DNA of 64,000 bases from Gammaproteobacteria bacterium (GTDB lineage: Bacteria; Pseudomonadota; Gammaproteobacteria; Steroidobacterales; Steroidobacteraceae). Location of the stretch: contig JASHPX010000117.1 in NCBI GenBank assembly GCA_030037905.1, forward strand, positions 108 to 64,107, in the 5' to 3' direction. Numbering within the stretch: position 1 is the first letter of the stretch; every line of letters starts with the position of its first letter. The notes beneath the pieces are model-generated. The model had not been told where the DNA came from. It saw only the letters and a program-made list of their open reading frames with translations, and did not search any database. A program made the position numbers and the translations under genes. Positions 17,179 to 26,710 of the stretch are shown here, piece after piece.

Positions 17179-18057
17179 TCAGGCGGCGTAACGCTGACTG
17201 CGTAGCCGTACGAGATCGCCGTAGCCGCCGCAGGCCGCACGCATCTGCGTCAGGGCGGTGCGGATGCGCGGGCTGCGCAGTGCCGCGAGCTCGTCCGCAT
17301 GTCGATAGCCGCTCATGGAGCGGGCGATGGTGGCACCCGACACAGTGGCCGGATGCAGATAGATTTCGGTCACACCCACCGGCAGACGCTTGAGAGCCTC
17401 GAGCAGCGTGGTCTCATTCATGGCGCCGCTGTGATGGATGCCGAGCAGCTGGTCGTTACACAGCACTCCTGCTCGCTGCAGGCTGCGCTTCATCAGCCGC
17501 AGCCAGGGTGTCATGCCCCAGCCGGCCAGGCGCGCCATCAGCGACGGCGGCTGCAGCAGCGCCGCCGGCTCATACGGCAGGCGCACCGCCCGCAGCCCGA
17601 AATCACGCCCCACACGCAGCATCAGCCCGAGCACGGTCGGGTGAATGTGAAAATGCTTGTGCGCGTTGACGTGATCGAGCGGCAGGCCGGTGGCGACGAA
17701 GGCCTTGAACTGCGCGCGAATCTCCGCTTCCAGCTGGCGACGCGCCGCCGGGGAGAGGAAGTAGCGGGCCGCATCCGTGACCAGGCGGCTGCGGAAGCGC
17801 CCCTGTCCGTCCACCAGCGCACTGATCTCCCGCTCGGGAAGCACCGGGGCGCCGTCCGTGAGCACCAGGTGCAGCCCGACGCGCAGCGCCGGTAGCTCGC
17901 GCGCGCGCCGCACGGCGTCGGCCGTGGCCGGGGCGCCCACCATCAGGCTCGCCGCGCTCAGCGTGCCGACACGGCTCGCAAGCTCGACGGCCTCATTCAC
18001 CGCCTCGTGCAGGCCGAAATCATCGGCCGTTACGATCAGGAAACGTTCAGGCCTCAT
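17179..18057 (-). CDS. hpnK: HpnK, YdjC-family deacetylase of the hopanoid side-chain pathway
   Basis: 292 aa. YdjC signature FLIVTADDFGLHEAVNEAV...RVGLHLVLTDG. Directly downstream of hpnJ, with an 11-nt overlap. Confidence 0.8.
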   Translation of the reverse strand: MRPERFLIVTADDFGLHEAVNEAVELASRVGTLSAASLMVGAPATADAVRRARELPALRVGLHLVLTDGAPVLPEREISALVDGQGRFRSRLVTDAARYFLSPAARRQLEAEIRAQFKAFVATGLPLDHVNAHKHFHIHPTVLGLMLRVGRDFGLRAVRLPYEPAALLQPPSLMARLAGWGMTPWLRLMKRSLQRAGVLCNDQLLGIHHSGAMNETTLLEALKRLPVGVTEIYLHPATVSGATIARSMSGYRHADELAALRSPRIRTALTQMRAACGGYGDLVRLRSQRYAA

Positions 18058-19468
18058 GCGCGCGCAGGAAGCGGAAAAACTCTACGCCCTCTCGCAGCCG
18101 GCGCTTGGTCATGTCCCAGCTGCTCATCATCTCGGCGAGCAGCTCGCCGATCTTGCGCGGCCGGAAGTAGAAGCGCCGGTAGAAAGTCTCGACACCATGG
18201 AACATCTGCTCGGCCGACAGATGCGGGTAACTGATCGGGGAGAGCTGCACGCCGCGATCATTCACGAGGTTCGCGGCCGCATTCTCGGTGAGCCAGCCGT
18301 TGGCTACCGCCTGGCGGTACAGCTCGGTACCGGGGTACGGCGCGGCGAGCGATACCTGGATGGTGTTGGGATTGATCTCCATCGCAAAGCGCATCGTCTC
18401 GAGCATCGTCTCCTGGGTCTCTCCCGGCAGGCCGAGGATGAAGGTGCCGTGAACCATCACACCGAGCGTGCGGCAGTCGCGTGTGAAGCGGCGTGCGATA
18501 TCGGCACGCATGCCTTTGCGGATGTTGTGCAGGATCTGGTCATTACCCGATTCGTAGCCCACCAGCAGCAGCCGCAGCCCATTGTCCTTCATGATCTTCA
18601 ACGTCTCGTAGGGTACGTTGGCCTTGGCATTGCATGACCAGGTGACGCCCAGACGCCCGAGCCCGCGGGCGATCTCCTCGGCGCGCGGGCGAAAGTCCGT
18701 GAACGTATCGTCGTCGAAGAAGATTTCCTTCACCTGCGGAAGGTTGTCGCGAATCCACTGCACCTCGTCCAGCACGCTCTGTACGCTGCGCACGCGGTAG
18801 CGGTGGCCCCCGACGGTCTGCGGCCACAGGCAGAAGGTGCACTTGGAGCGGCAACCGCGGCCGGTATAGAACGACACGTACGGGTGCTTGAGGTAACCGA
18901 TGAAGTAGTTCTCGATGGTCAGGTCCCGCTGGTAGATCGGCGCGACCCAGGGCAGCTCGTCCATGTCGGCGAGCATGCTACGCGGCGGATTGTGTCGTAC
19001 GCGACGCGACTCATCCTGGAACGACAAGCCTGCAATTTCGGCGAACGCTCGCCCCTCGGCCACTTCCTTGCACGTGTAGTCGAATTCCTCGCGCGCGACG
19101 AAATCGATCGCCGGGCTCGCGGCGAGCGATGCGGTCGGATCCACCGCGACCTTGGCGCCGACCATGCCGATCTTCAGCGCGGGATTACGCTCCTTGAGCC
19201 GCTCGGCGGTACGCGCGTCGGTCGGAAAGGAAGGGGAGCTGGTGTGCATGATGACCAGCTCGTACTGATCGGCGAGCGGCAGCACCTGCTGCAGCGAAAG
19301 GCCGTCGGCCGGGGCATCCACCAGGCGGCTGCCGGGCACCAGCGCCGCCGGCTGCGCGATCCAGGTCGGGTACCAGAACGAGCGGATCTCCCGCTTGGCC
19401 TGGTAGCGCGAGCCGGCGCCGCCATCGAAGCCGTCGAAGGAAGGTGGATGCAGAAAGAGCGTCTTCAT
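18047..19468 (-). CDS. hpnJ: HpnJ, B12-binding radical SAM enzyme (cyclitol ether formation)
   Basis: 473 aa from ATG 19468, with AAGGA upstream. Radical SAM cluster GRGCRSKCTFCLW (CxxxCxxC). N-terminal B12-binding-like region. Confidence 0.8.
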   Translation of the reverse strand: MKTLFLHPPSFDGFDGGAGSRYQAKREIRSFWYPTWIAQPAALVPGSRLVDAPADGLSLQQVLPLADQYELVIMHTSSPSFPTDARTAERLKERNPALKIGMVGAKVAVDPTASLAASPAIDFVAREEFDYTCKEVAEGRAFAEIAGLSFQDESRRVRHNPPRSMLADMDELPWVAPIYQRDLTIENYFIGYLKHPYVSFYTGRGCRSKCTFCLWPQTVGGHRYRVRSVQSVLDEVQWIRDNLPQVKEIFFDDDTFTDFRPRAEEIARGLGRLGVTWSCNAKANVPYETLKIMKDNGLRLLLVGYESGNDQILHNIRKGMRADIARRFTRDCRTLGVMVHGTFILGLPGETQETMLETMRFAMEINPNTIQVSLAAPYPGTELYRQAVANGWLTENAAANLVNDRGVQLSPISYPHLSAEQMFHGVETFYRRFYFRPRKIGELLAEMMSSWDMTKRRLREGVEFFRFLRAHEA

Positions 19469-19506
19469 CGCTGATCCTTGTTCTGTCATAGCACGCGACG
19501 CTGCGG

Positions 19507-20706
19507 TCAGCCAACCCGATGCAGGGAACCGTCCGTGCCGACCCCGAAGCGCTGCTCGCGCCACACGATCTCGCGCTTACGAAAGCTCCAGAGCCAGAGC
19601 GCAGCCAGCAGCGTATCACGCAGTGGTACCAGCGCCACATCCCTGCAGCGCTGCCGGAAGCCGCCGCCGCCTGCAAAATAATGTAGCACGAGACGGGCGG
19701 CGGCAGTGATGGCGAGCAGCGCCGACGCCACAGTGCTGAACCCCGCCAGCGCTGCGCCGACCAGCGCCGTGGGCAGGGCCAGGCTCGGGAAGCAGCAGGC
19801 GTACCCGAGCGGTTGGGCCGACTGGATGGTGCGCAGCCAGCGCAGCTCGTGGCGGCACAAGGCCGCCAGGCCGGGCTCGCTGACCGTGGTCTCGATTGCA
19901 ACGTCAGACAGCACGATGCGCCGGCCATGCCGTCGCACCAACTCGCCGAGCCTGTAATCATCGGCGAGCTGATCGGACAGCTTGCCGAGGCCACCGATCG
20001 CCGCGAGCACTTCGGCGCGCATCGCGATCGTCGCGCCGGAGACGAACGAGCGCGAGCCGAAACGAGCCGCCAGCAGCACCGCGGGCATGAACCACTCGTT
20101 GATGAACATGGCCCCGAGCCGCGATGCCAGTCGCGCCGCGAGCGGCGCCTGTGGCTCACTCGCAGGCCGGCCAAAGTAGGGACAGGTCACCAGGCCCACG
20201 CTCGGGTCATCCAATGGGGCAACGACCCGCGCCAGATAGTCCGGCGGCACGCTGACGTCGCTGTCCGCCATGACCAGCAGCGGATGCCGGGCGAGCGGCA
20301 CCATGTTGAGCAGATTGCTGATCTTGTTGTTGCAGCCGTGCAGTGTGGGATCGACGGCCACGGCGGTCTGCAGCTCGGGGAATTGCGCCTGCAGCAGCCG
20401 CACCACCTGCAGCGCCGGGTCGGCGGCATCCCGCACGCCAAACACCACCTGGAACAGTGGGTAATTTTGGCCACAAAAGGAGCGCAACTGTGTGGCGAGA
20501 CCAGGCTCGGCCCCGCACAGTGCCTTCAGTACGGTCACGGGTGGGAGGGGCCTGACAGCTGCGTGATGCAGTGCGACGGGGCGGCGTGCCCCGCGCATGA
20601 TCAGCACGACGCACAGGGCATAGAGCGCTGCCGCTGCTGTCAGCAAAACCCCTACAATGGCCGCCATTTCGTGCATCGCGACAGATAGAGCTAGCCAACT
20701 CCCCAT
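19507..20706 (-). CDS. hpnI: HpnI, family-2 glycosyltransferase of the hopanoid pathway
   Basis: 399 aa. N-terminal TM, then VTVLKALCGAEPGL...VFGVRDAADPA...LLVMADSDV (GT2/ceramide glucosyltransferase-like). First gene of hpnI-J-K. Confidence 0.75.
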   Translation of the reverse strand: MGSWLALSVAMHEMAAIVGVLLTAAAALYALCVVLIMRGARRPVALHHAAVRPLPPVTVLKALCGAEPGLATQLRSFCGQNYPLFQVVFGVRDAADPALQVVRLLQAQFPELQTAVAVDPTLHGCNNKISNLLNMVPLARHPLLVMADSDVSVPPDYLARVVAPLDDPSVGLVTCPYFGRPASEPQAPLAARLASRLGAMFINEWFMPAVLLAARFGSRSFVSGATIAMRAEVLAAIGGLGKLSDQLADDYRLGELVRRHGRRIVLSDVAIETTVSEPGLAALCRHELRWLRTIQSAQPLGYACCFPSLALPTALVGAALAGFSTVASALLAITAAARLVLHYFAGGGGFRQRCRDVALVPLRDTLLAALWLWSFRKREIVWREQRFGVGTDGSLHRVG

Positions 20707-20814
20707 GACTGTGTATTATCTATGTGTCTGCCCCGTTCTGGTAAGCAGGCACGGTGCCCGCGGGCTCGCACCGGATCGCTGACGTCGGCCACTAATACGA
20801 ACGGAGAAACCTGC

Positions 20815-21489
20815 TTGACGGAATTGCGAAGTACTGTAAGAAAAAAGCACCAGCTGGTCGACCATCCGGACGGCAGACTCGAACAGGAAGCCGACGCGCC
20901 AGCAGCGGGCGACCTCGAGGGTGAGCCGGGTGCCGAACAGCTCATTCTAGTCGACGACGCCGATCGCGAGATCGGCCAGATGGCCAAGGCCGACTGCCAC
21001 GCCGCCGGCGGGGTACTGCACCGCGCCTTCTCGCTGTTCATTTTCAATGCACGCGACGAGCTGCTCGTGCAGCAGCGCAGCGCCCACAAGAGCCTGTGGC
21101 CGAACTACTGGTCGAACAGCTGCTGCAGCCACCCGCGCTTCGGGGAGAGCATGACCACGGCGATCCATCGACGCCTGATGGAGGAGCTCGGCCTGCACTG
21201 TGCGCTCAAATTCCTGTTCAAGTTCAAGTATCAGGCGCAATACAATCAGACCAGCGCCGAGCACGAGCTGTGCTCGGTGTTTTACGGCCGCACCAGCACC
21301 GCGGTACACGCCAACCGCGCAGAGATCACCGACTGGCGCTGGATGCCGCTGCAGCAGCTGCAGGAGCAGCTGGCAGGGCCGGCGCAAGGCTATACGCCCT
21401 GGTTCAAGCTCGAATGGGAGCAGATCCGGCGCGATCATATGAACGACATCTTGATACCGGGAGGCACGCGCGCATGGGTATTCCGCTGA
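20815..21489 (+). CDS. idi: Isopentenyl-diphosphate delta-isomerase, type 1 (Nudix)
   Basis: Motifs HRAFSLFIFN, LWPNYWSNSCCSHP, AEHELCSVF. The start is uncertain: TTG 20815 has GGAGAA 7 nt upstream, and the track offers GTG 20722. Confidence 0.8.
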   Translation: MTELRSTVRKKHQLVDHPDGRLEQEADAPAAGDLEGEPGAEQLILVDDADREIGQMAKADCHAAGGVLHRAFSLFIFNARDELLVQQRSAHKSLWPNYWSNSCCSHPRFGESMTTAIHRRLMEELGLHCALKFLFKFKYQAQYNQTSAEHELCSVFYGRTSTAVHANRAEITDWRWMPLQQLQEQLAGPAQGYTPWFKLEWEQIRRDHMNDILIPGGTRAWVFR

Positions 21490-22649
21490 TCCAGAAGTAT
21501 CGGGTGGGCCAGTACATCCTGGCACGCAAGCTGCGCGGCGACACCCGTTATCCTCTGGTGCTCATGCTCGAGCCGCTGTTCCAGTGCAACCTGGCGTGCG
21601 CAGGTTGCGGCAAGATCGACTATCCGAAGGAAGTCCTGCAGCGGCGCATGAGCGTCGAGCAGGCGCTGCGCGCCGTGGACGACTGCGGAGCGCCCATCGT
21701 CTCGATTCCCGGCGGCGAGCCGCTGATCCACAAGGAGATGCCGCAGATCGTACGCGGCATCATCGAGCGCAAGAAGTTCATCTACCTGTGCACCAACGCG
21801 ATCCTGCTGAAGCGCCACATCGATGACTACCAGCCGTCGCCCTACCTGACCTTTTCCATCCATCTGGACGGCAATCGCGAGCGCCACGACGCCTCCGTGT
21901 GCGAGGAAGGCGTATTCGACAAGGCCGTGGCGGCGATCAAGCTGCTGCGCGAGCGCGGCTTTCGCGTCACGATCAATTGCACACTGTTTTCCAAGGAGAA
22001 TCCGGACGAGGTCGCCGAATTCTTCGACTTCGCCACCTCCCTGGGTGTCGAGGCGATTACGATCTCGCCGGGCTATCACTATGAGCACGCGCCGCGCCAT
22101 GACGTATTCATGGGGCGCACGGAGAGCAAGCAGCTGTTCAGGGACGTGTTTGCGCGCGGCGCGCAGCGCCCGCGGCGTTGGGTATTCAACCAATCCGGGC
22201 TGTTCCTCGACTTCCTCGCCGGCAACCAGACCTATCATTGCACTCCCTGGAGCAATCCGACCTACAACATCTTCGGCTGGCAGCGGCCCTGCTACCTGCG
22301 GGCCGACGACGGCTACGTGTCCAGCTATCGCGAGCTGATCGAGGAGACCGATTGGACGCGCTACGGCGTCGGGGTGGACCCGCGCTGCGATAACTGCATG
22401 GCTCACTGCGGATTCGAGGGGACGGCGATCGAAGACACGCTGCATCACCCGCTCAAGGCCCTGGCGGTACGGCTGCGCGGCCCACGCGTCGAGGGTCCGA
22501 TGGCTCCCGAGGTGCCATTCGTCTATGACGAGCGACGCCACGCCGAGGCGGCGAACGGCCACGCACTGCCTGCCGCCGAGGCGGTCGTGCCGCTGCACGT
22601 CCTCAAGCGGCAGGCGCGTGGCGACGCCACGGCCGACACCGATTCTTAA
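21474..22649 (+). CDS. hpnH: HpnH, radical SAM adenosylhopane synthase
   Basis: 391 aa from ATG 21474 (GGGAGG upstream), overlapping the idi end by 16 nt. Sequence MGIPLIQKYRVGQYI...LFQCNLACAGCGKIDYP (CxxxCxxC). Confidence 0.85.
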   Translation: MGIPLIQKYRVGQYILARKLRGDTRYPLVLMLEPLFQCNLACAGCGKIDYPKEVLQRRMSVEQALRAVDDCGAPIVSIPGGEPLIHKEMPQIVRGIIERKKFIYLCTNAILLKRHIDDYQPSPYLTFSIHLDGNRERHDASVCEEGVFDKAVAAIKLLRERGFRVTINCTLFSKENPDEVAEFFDFATSLGVEAITISPGYHYEHAPRHDVFMGRTESKQLFRDVFARGAQRPRRWVFNQSGLFLDFLAGNQTYHCTPWSNPTYNIFGWQRPCYLRADDGYVSSYRELIEETDWTRYGVGVDPRCDNCMAHCGFEGTAIEDTLHHPLKALAVRLRGPRVEGPMAPEVPFVYDERRHAEAANGHALPAAEAVVPLHVLKRQARGDATADTDS

Positions 22650-22659
22650 AGAGGTCAGA

Positions 22660-23586
22660 ATGGACGCGGAGGCCGTCGTGGACGTCTCCGGCGAGAAGAG
22701 TTTTTCCTCGCAGCTGCGCTCCTGGCAGCAGCGCATGGAAGAGGCGTTGGCGGCGCGGCTGCCGGCCGCAGAACTCGTGCCCGAGCGCCTGCACGCGGCG
22801 ATGCGCTACGCGGTGCTCGGCGGGGGCAAGCGCGTGCGGCCGGTACTGCTGTTCGCCACCGCGCGCACGCTCGGGCTCACCGAACGGCACGTGGAGGGGG
22901 CGGCCTGCGCGGTCGAGCTGATTCACGCCTACTCGCTGGTGCACGATGATCTGCCGGCGATGGACAATGATGATCTGCGGCGTGGCAAGCCCACCTGCCA
23001 TCGTGCCTATGACGAGGCCACGGCCGTGCTCGTGGGTGACGCGTTACAGCCGCTTGCCTTCGAGCTGCTGGCGCGCGATGTCGCGCTGCCGGCCGATGCC
23101 GGCATCCGCCTGCGCCTCATCGAGATGCTCGCGCAGGCGAGCGGCAGCCTGGGCATGGCCGGAGGACAGGCGATCGACCTTGCGGCCAAGGGCCGGCGGC
23201 TCGCGGTCTCGGAGGTCGAGGCCATGCATGAGCGCAAGACCGGAGCGCTGATCCGCGCCAGCGTCATGATGGCGGCGGCGTGCGTGCCGCGTCTGTCCGA
23301 GGACGCGCAGACGGCGCTGGAGCGCTACGCGCGCGCCGTCGGTCTGGCGTTCCAGATCAAGGACGACGTGCTCGACGCGACCGGCGACGTCGCCACGCTC
23401 GGCAAGGCGGTAGGCGCCGACGTGCGCCAGGCGCGTTCGACCTATGCAGTGCTGTCGGGTGTCGGAGCCGCTCGCGAGCGCATGCAGCGGCTGCACGAGC
23501 AGGCGCACGAGGCGCTCGAGCAATTCGGAACCGCCGCCGAACCGCTGTGGGCAGTCTCGACCTGGCTCCTGGCGCGTCGCAACTGA
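22660..23586 (+). CDS. ispA: Farnesyl diphosphate synthase
   Basis: 308 aa from ATG 22660. [24 protein letters not shown] and [13 protein letters not shown]. Confidence 0.92.
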   Translation: MDAEAVVDVSGEKSFSSQLRSWQQRMEEALAARLPAAELVPERLHAAMRYAVLGGGKRVRPVLLFATARTLGLTERHVEGAACAVELIHAYSLVHDDLPAMDNDDLRRGKPTCHRAYDEATAVLVGDALQPLAFELLARDVALPADAGIRLRLIEMLAQASGSLGMAGGQAIDLAAKGRRLAVSEVEAMHERKTGALIRASVMMAAACVPRLSEDAQTALERYARAVGLAFQIKDDVLDATGDVATLGKAVGADVRQARSTYAVLSGVGAARERMQRLHEQAHEALEQFGTAAEPLWAVSTWLLARRN

Positions 23587-23609
23587 GGCTGCAATCGACG
23601 GAGCGCACC

Positions 23610-25571
23610 ATGCCAACCATGGACGCCTACCCGCTGCTGAGCACGATCGAGTCCCCGGCCGATCTGCGAGCGCTGCCCCAGAGTGAGCTGGAGAAGGTAG
23701 CGCGGGAGCTGCGGGCCTACCTGATCGATGCGGTCAGTCAGAAGGGCGGTCACTTCGCCGCGGGGCTCGGAGCCGTCGAGCTCTCGGTGGCCCTGCATTA
23801 CGTCTACCAGACCCCGCAGGACCGCGTGGTATGGGATGTCGGGCACCAGGCCTATCCGCACAAAGTGCTCACGGGGCGGCGCGACCGGCTTTCGAGCATC
23901 AAGCACAAGGGCGGTCTCGCTCCCTTCCTGGCTCGCCATGAGAGCCCCTACGACGCCTTCGGCGCCGGGCACTCGAGCACCTCGTTGAGCGCCGCGCTCG
24001 GCATGGCCATCGCCGCAGCGCGAACCGGCACGCCGCGGCGTGTGGCTGCGGTGATCGGCGATGGGGCGATGAGCGCCGGTATGGCCTTCGAGGCGCTCAA
24101 CCACATCGGCTCGCTCGATCTGGACATGCTCGTGGTGCTCAATGACAACGACATGTCGATCTCGGAGGCGATCGGCGCATTCTCCAACTATCTGGCGCGG
24201 CTGCTGTCGAGCAAGCGCTACGCGGACCTGCGTGCCACGGGCAAGCGGCTGCTACGGCGGGTGCCGCCGGCCTTGGCGCTGGCGCGCAGCTCGCAGGCCT
24301 TCATGCGGGGCATCATGCGGCCGGAGACCATCTTCGATGACATGGGCCTGCACTACGTCGGCCCTATCGACGGCCATGATGTGGGAGCGCTGGTGGCAAC
24401 GCTGCGCAATCTGCGCGAGCGCAAGGGGCCGCAGCTGCTGCATGTGGTGACCACCAAGGGAAAGGGTTATGCGCCGGCCGAGGCCGATCCGATTACCTGG
24501 CACGGCCCCGGCCCGTTCGATCCGCGCACCGGCATCGTCCTCAAGGAGAAGAGCAGCGGTCCGAGCTATTCGCAGATTTTCGGCCAGTGGCTCATGGATA
24601 TTGCCGCGGCCGACGAGCGCGTGGTAGCGATTACCCCCGCGATGCGCGAGGGCTCCGGCCTGGTGCAGTTCTCCAAGCGCTTTCCGGACAGGTATTTCGA
24701 CGTCGGGATCGCCGAGCAGCATGCCGTGACGGTCGCTGCGGGCATGGCCTGCGACGGCCTGAAGCCCGTGGTGGCCATCTACTCGACGTTTCTGCAGCGC
24801 GCCTACGACCAGCTCATCCACGACGTGGCACTGCAGAAGCTGCCGGTGGTGTTCGCGGTGGATCGCGCGGGACTGGTCGGCGGGGACGGTGCGACCCATC
24901 AGGGCAGCTTCGATCTCTCGTACCAACGCTGCATTCCGAACCTGGTGATCATGGCTCCGGCGGATGAGAACGAATGTCGGCAGATGCTGTATACGGCGTT
25001 GGTCTGCGGCCAGCCTGCGGCCGTGCGCTACCCGCGGGGCACGGGGCCAGGCGTGGCGGTTCAGGCGCAGATGCTCGCCTGTCCGATCGGCAGGGCCGAG
25101 GTGCGCCGAGTGGGACAGGGGCTCGCGATCCTCGCTTTCGGACCCATGGTGTCGGCCTGCGAGGCGCTGGCGGAAGCGCACGATCTGACGCTGGTGAACA
25201 TGCGCTTCGTCAAGCCGCTGGATCGCGACACCCTCCTGGAGATCGCCTCCGAGCACGATGCGATCGTCACCGTGGAGGAGAACGTGGTGGCTGGTGGCGC
25301 GGGCAGCGCCGTCAACGAGGTCCTGCTCGCAGCGGACGCTCGCCTGCCGGTGCTCAATTGCGGCATTCCCGATCGCTTTATCGAGCACGGCTCGCGCGAG
25401 GATTGTCTCGCCAGCGCCGGCCTGGACCGTGCGAGCCTCGAGGCTCGGATACTCGAATGGTGGCAGTCGGTAGCGCCCGCCCTCATGCGCGCGCGCCTGC
25501 GCGGTCGGCGCAGCGCGCTCGCAGCGCTGCGCGCCTGGCGCGGCTATCGCAGCGAAAGCGGGCGATCGTAG
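23610..25571 (+). CDS. dxs: 1-deoxy-D-xylulose-5-phosphate synthase
   Basis: 653 aa from ATG 23610. Motifs [29 protein letters not shown], and the TPP motif [16 protein letters not shown]. The 763-aa track ORF is an upstream extension into ispA. Confidence 0.95.
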   Translation: MPTMDAYPLLSTIESPADLRALPQSELEKVARELRAYLIDAVSQKGGHFAAGLGAVELSVALHYVYQTPQDRVVWDVGHQAYPHKVLTGRRDRLSSIKHKGGLAPFLARHESPYDAFGAGHSSTSLSAALGMAIAAARTGTPRRVAAVIGDGAMSAGMAFEALNHIGSLDLDMLVVLNDNDMSISEAIGAFSNYLARLLSSKRYADLRATGKRLLRRVPPALALARSSQAFMRGIMRPETIFDDMGLHYVGPIDGHDVGALVATLRNLRERKGPQLLHVVTTKGKGYAPAEADPITWHGPGPFDPRTGIVLKEKSSGPSYSQIFGQWLMDIAAADERVVAITPAMREGSGLVQFSKRFPDRYFDVGIAEQHAVTVAAGMACDGLKPVVAIYSTFLQRAYDQLIHDVALQKLPVVFAVDRAGLVGGDGATHQGSFDLSYQRCIPNLVIMAPADENECRQMLYTALVCGQPAAVRYPRGTGPGVAVQAQMLACPIGRAEVRRVGQGLAILAFGPMVSACEALAEAHDLTLVNMRFVKPLDRDTLLEIASEHDAIVTVEENVVAGGAGSAVNEVLLAADARLPVLNCGIPDRFIEHGSREDCLASAGLDRASLEARILEWWQSVAPALMRARLRGRRSALAALRAWRGYRSESGRS

Positions 25572-26710
25572 CCGGTCAGCTCCAGATAGCCGCGTCCGGC
25601 CGGGCGCGTGGCGGCTGAGCCCGCGGCAACTGCGGCCCGTGCCGTCACGGCCCCTTCCCAATAGAGCGCACCGGCCGTCACGCGCGCGTCGAACTCCTGA
25701 TCGTTCATGAGCGGCGCCAGCACATACTGCTGCCTTCCCACACGTACACGCTCGCTCACCGGGTAGAGCACACCGCTGCGCGGCGAGCGCCAGTACGACA
25801 GTGGCGTGAAGGCGATGTCGGCGGGACCGAAGCTCTGCATGTGGCCAGCCGCATCGCGTAGAGTGCCGCCAGCCCAGTAGGGTCTGCCCCGCCGATCGCG
25901 GATGACGAACGCCATCAGCGCGCCGCCATCATCGAGATTCAGCCCGACCCAGTCCCATCCCTGCGCGCGCGGATCCAGGTACTCGCTCGCCCATTCGTGA
26001 TCGAGCCAGGCCTCGCCGGTTACCGCCTCGCGCCTTCCTGCGCGTACCACACTGCCTGCGACCGATAGATGCGGCTCGCTGTAGTAATAGCTCGCCGACG
26101 CTGGTGCGGGTCCCTTCTGGCTGAAGCCCCCCAGGCCGTTGAGCATCGGCGGTGCACTCGTGGAGAAGGTGAGATCGAGCGCAAAGTCGTCCGCCTGCAG
26201 TTGTGCGCGATAGACGCTGCCAGCGCCGGCGGTGATGTCCCGCTCGAGCCGCCAGTCATCGATCCACACGCGCGTATCGCCCACCGCGGCCCCGACCAGC
26301 CCGAGACCGGCGCGTCGAATGCGCTGGTCCTGCCAAAGCCGTCCGTGCGCCGGATCGCTCAGCGCGCAATGGGCGATCAGCAGCTGGCGCGGGGTGAAAT
26401 CGCTCGGATTGTCGGCGTCGAGCATTGGCTTCACTCGAAAGAATGTCACCTGAAAGCCCAGAGGGTGTTGCTCTGCATCGCGCAGCCAGCCGGTGACATA
26501 CCACCATTCGATGGCGAACTGCGGATGGCTGCCGTAGTCGCGCGGAAATTGCAGCGGGCGGCCCGGTACCACTGCAGCAGATGCGTCGTAGGCGCCGGTA
26601 GGAGCGGGACTGGCGGCGCCGGCGGCGCTGGGGGCGCTGGCGGTGCCCGCAGTGCACGCGACCACGAGCAGCAGCGCGAGCCTCACCGGCGCCGTGCCTG
26701 CCACGCTCAC
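25544..26710 (-). CDS. AttH/CrtC-like lipocalin-domain lipoprotein
   Basis: 388 aa from GTG 26710, which overlaps the permease stop (GTGA). Lipobox-like LVVAC. The motif [22 protein letters not shown] is typical of AttH/carotenoid 1,2-hydratase-like proteins. Confidence 0.7.
   Translation of the reverse strand: MSVAGTAPVRLALLLVVACTAGTASAPSAAGAASPAPTGAYDASAAVVPGRPLQFPRDYGSHPQFAIEWWYVTGWLRDAEQHPLGFQVTFFRVKPMLDADNPSDFTPRQLLIAHCALSDPAHGRLWQDQRIRRAGLGLVGAAVGDTRVWIDDWRLERDITAGAGSVYRAQLQADDFALDLTFSTSAPPMLNGLGGFSQKGPAPASASYYYSEPHLSVAGSVVRAGRREAVTGEAWLDHEWASEYLDPRAQGWDWVGLNLDDGGALMAFVIRDRRGRPYWAGGTLRDAAGHMQSFGPADIAFTPLSYWRSPRSGVLYPVSERVRVGRQQYVLAPLMNDQEFDARVTAGALYWEGAVTARAAVAAGSAATRPAGRGYLELTGYDRPLSLR

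Noticed and set aside
15659-17205. ORFs 15659-15910 and 16783-17205, which share the peptide MPSLELHPLNV, looked like a small duplicated gene.
   Set aside because: The shared peptide is just the translation of the MITE-like repeat. The remainder of each ORF is antisense to DUF2784 or qor.
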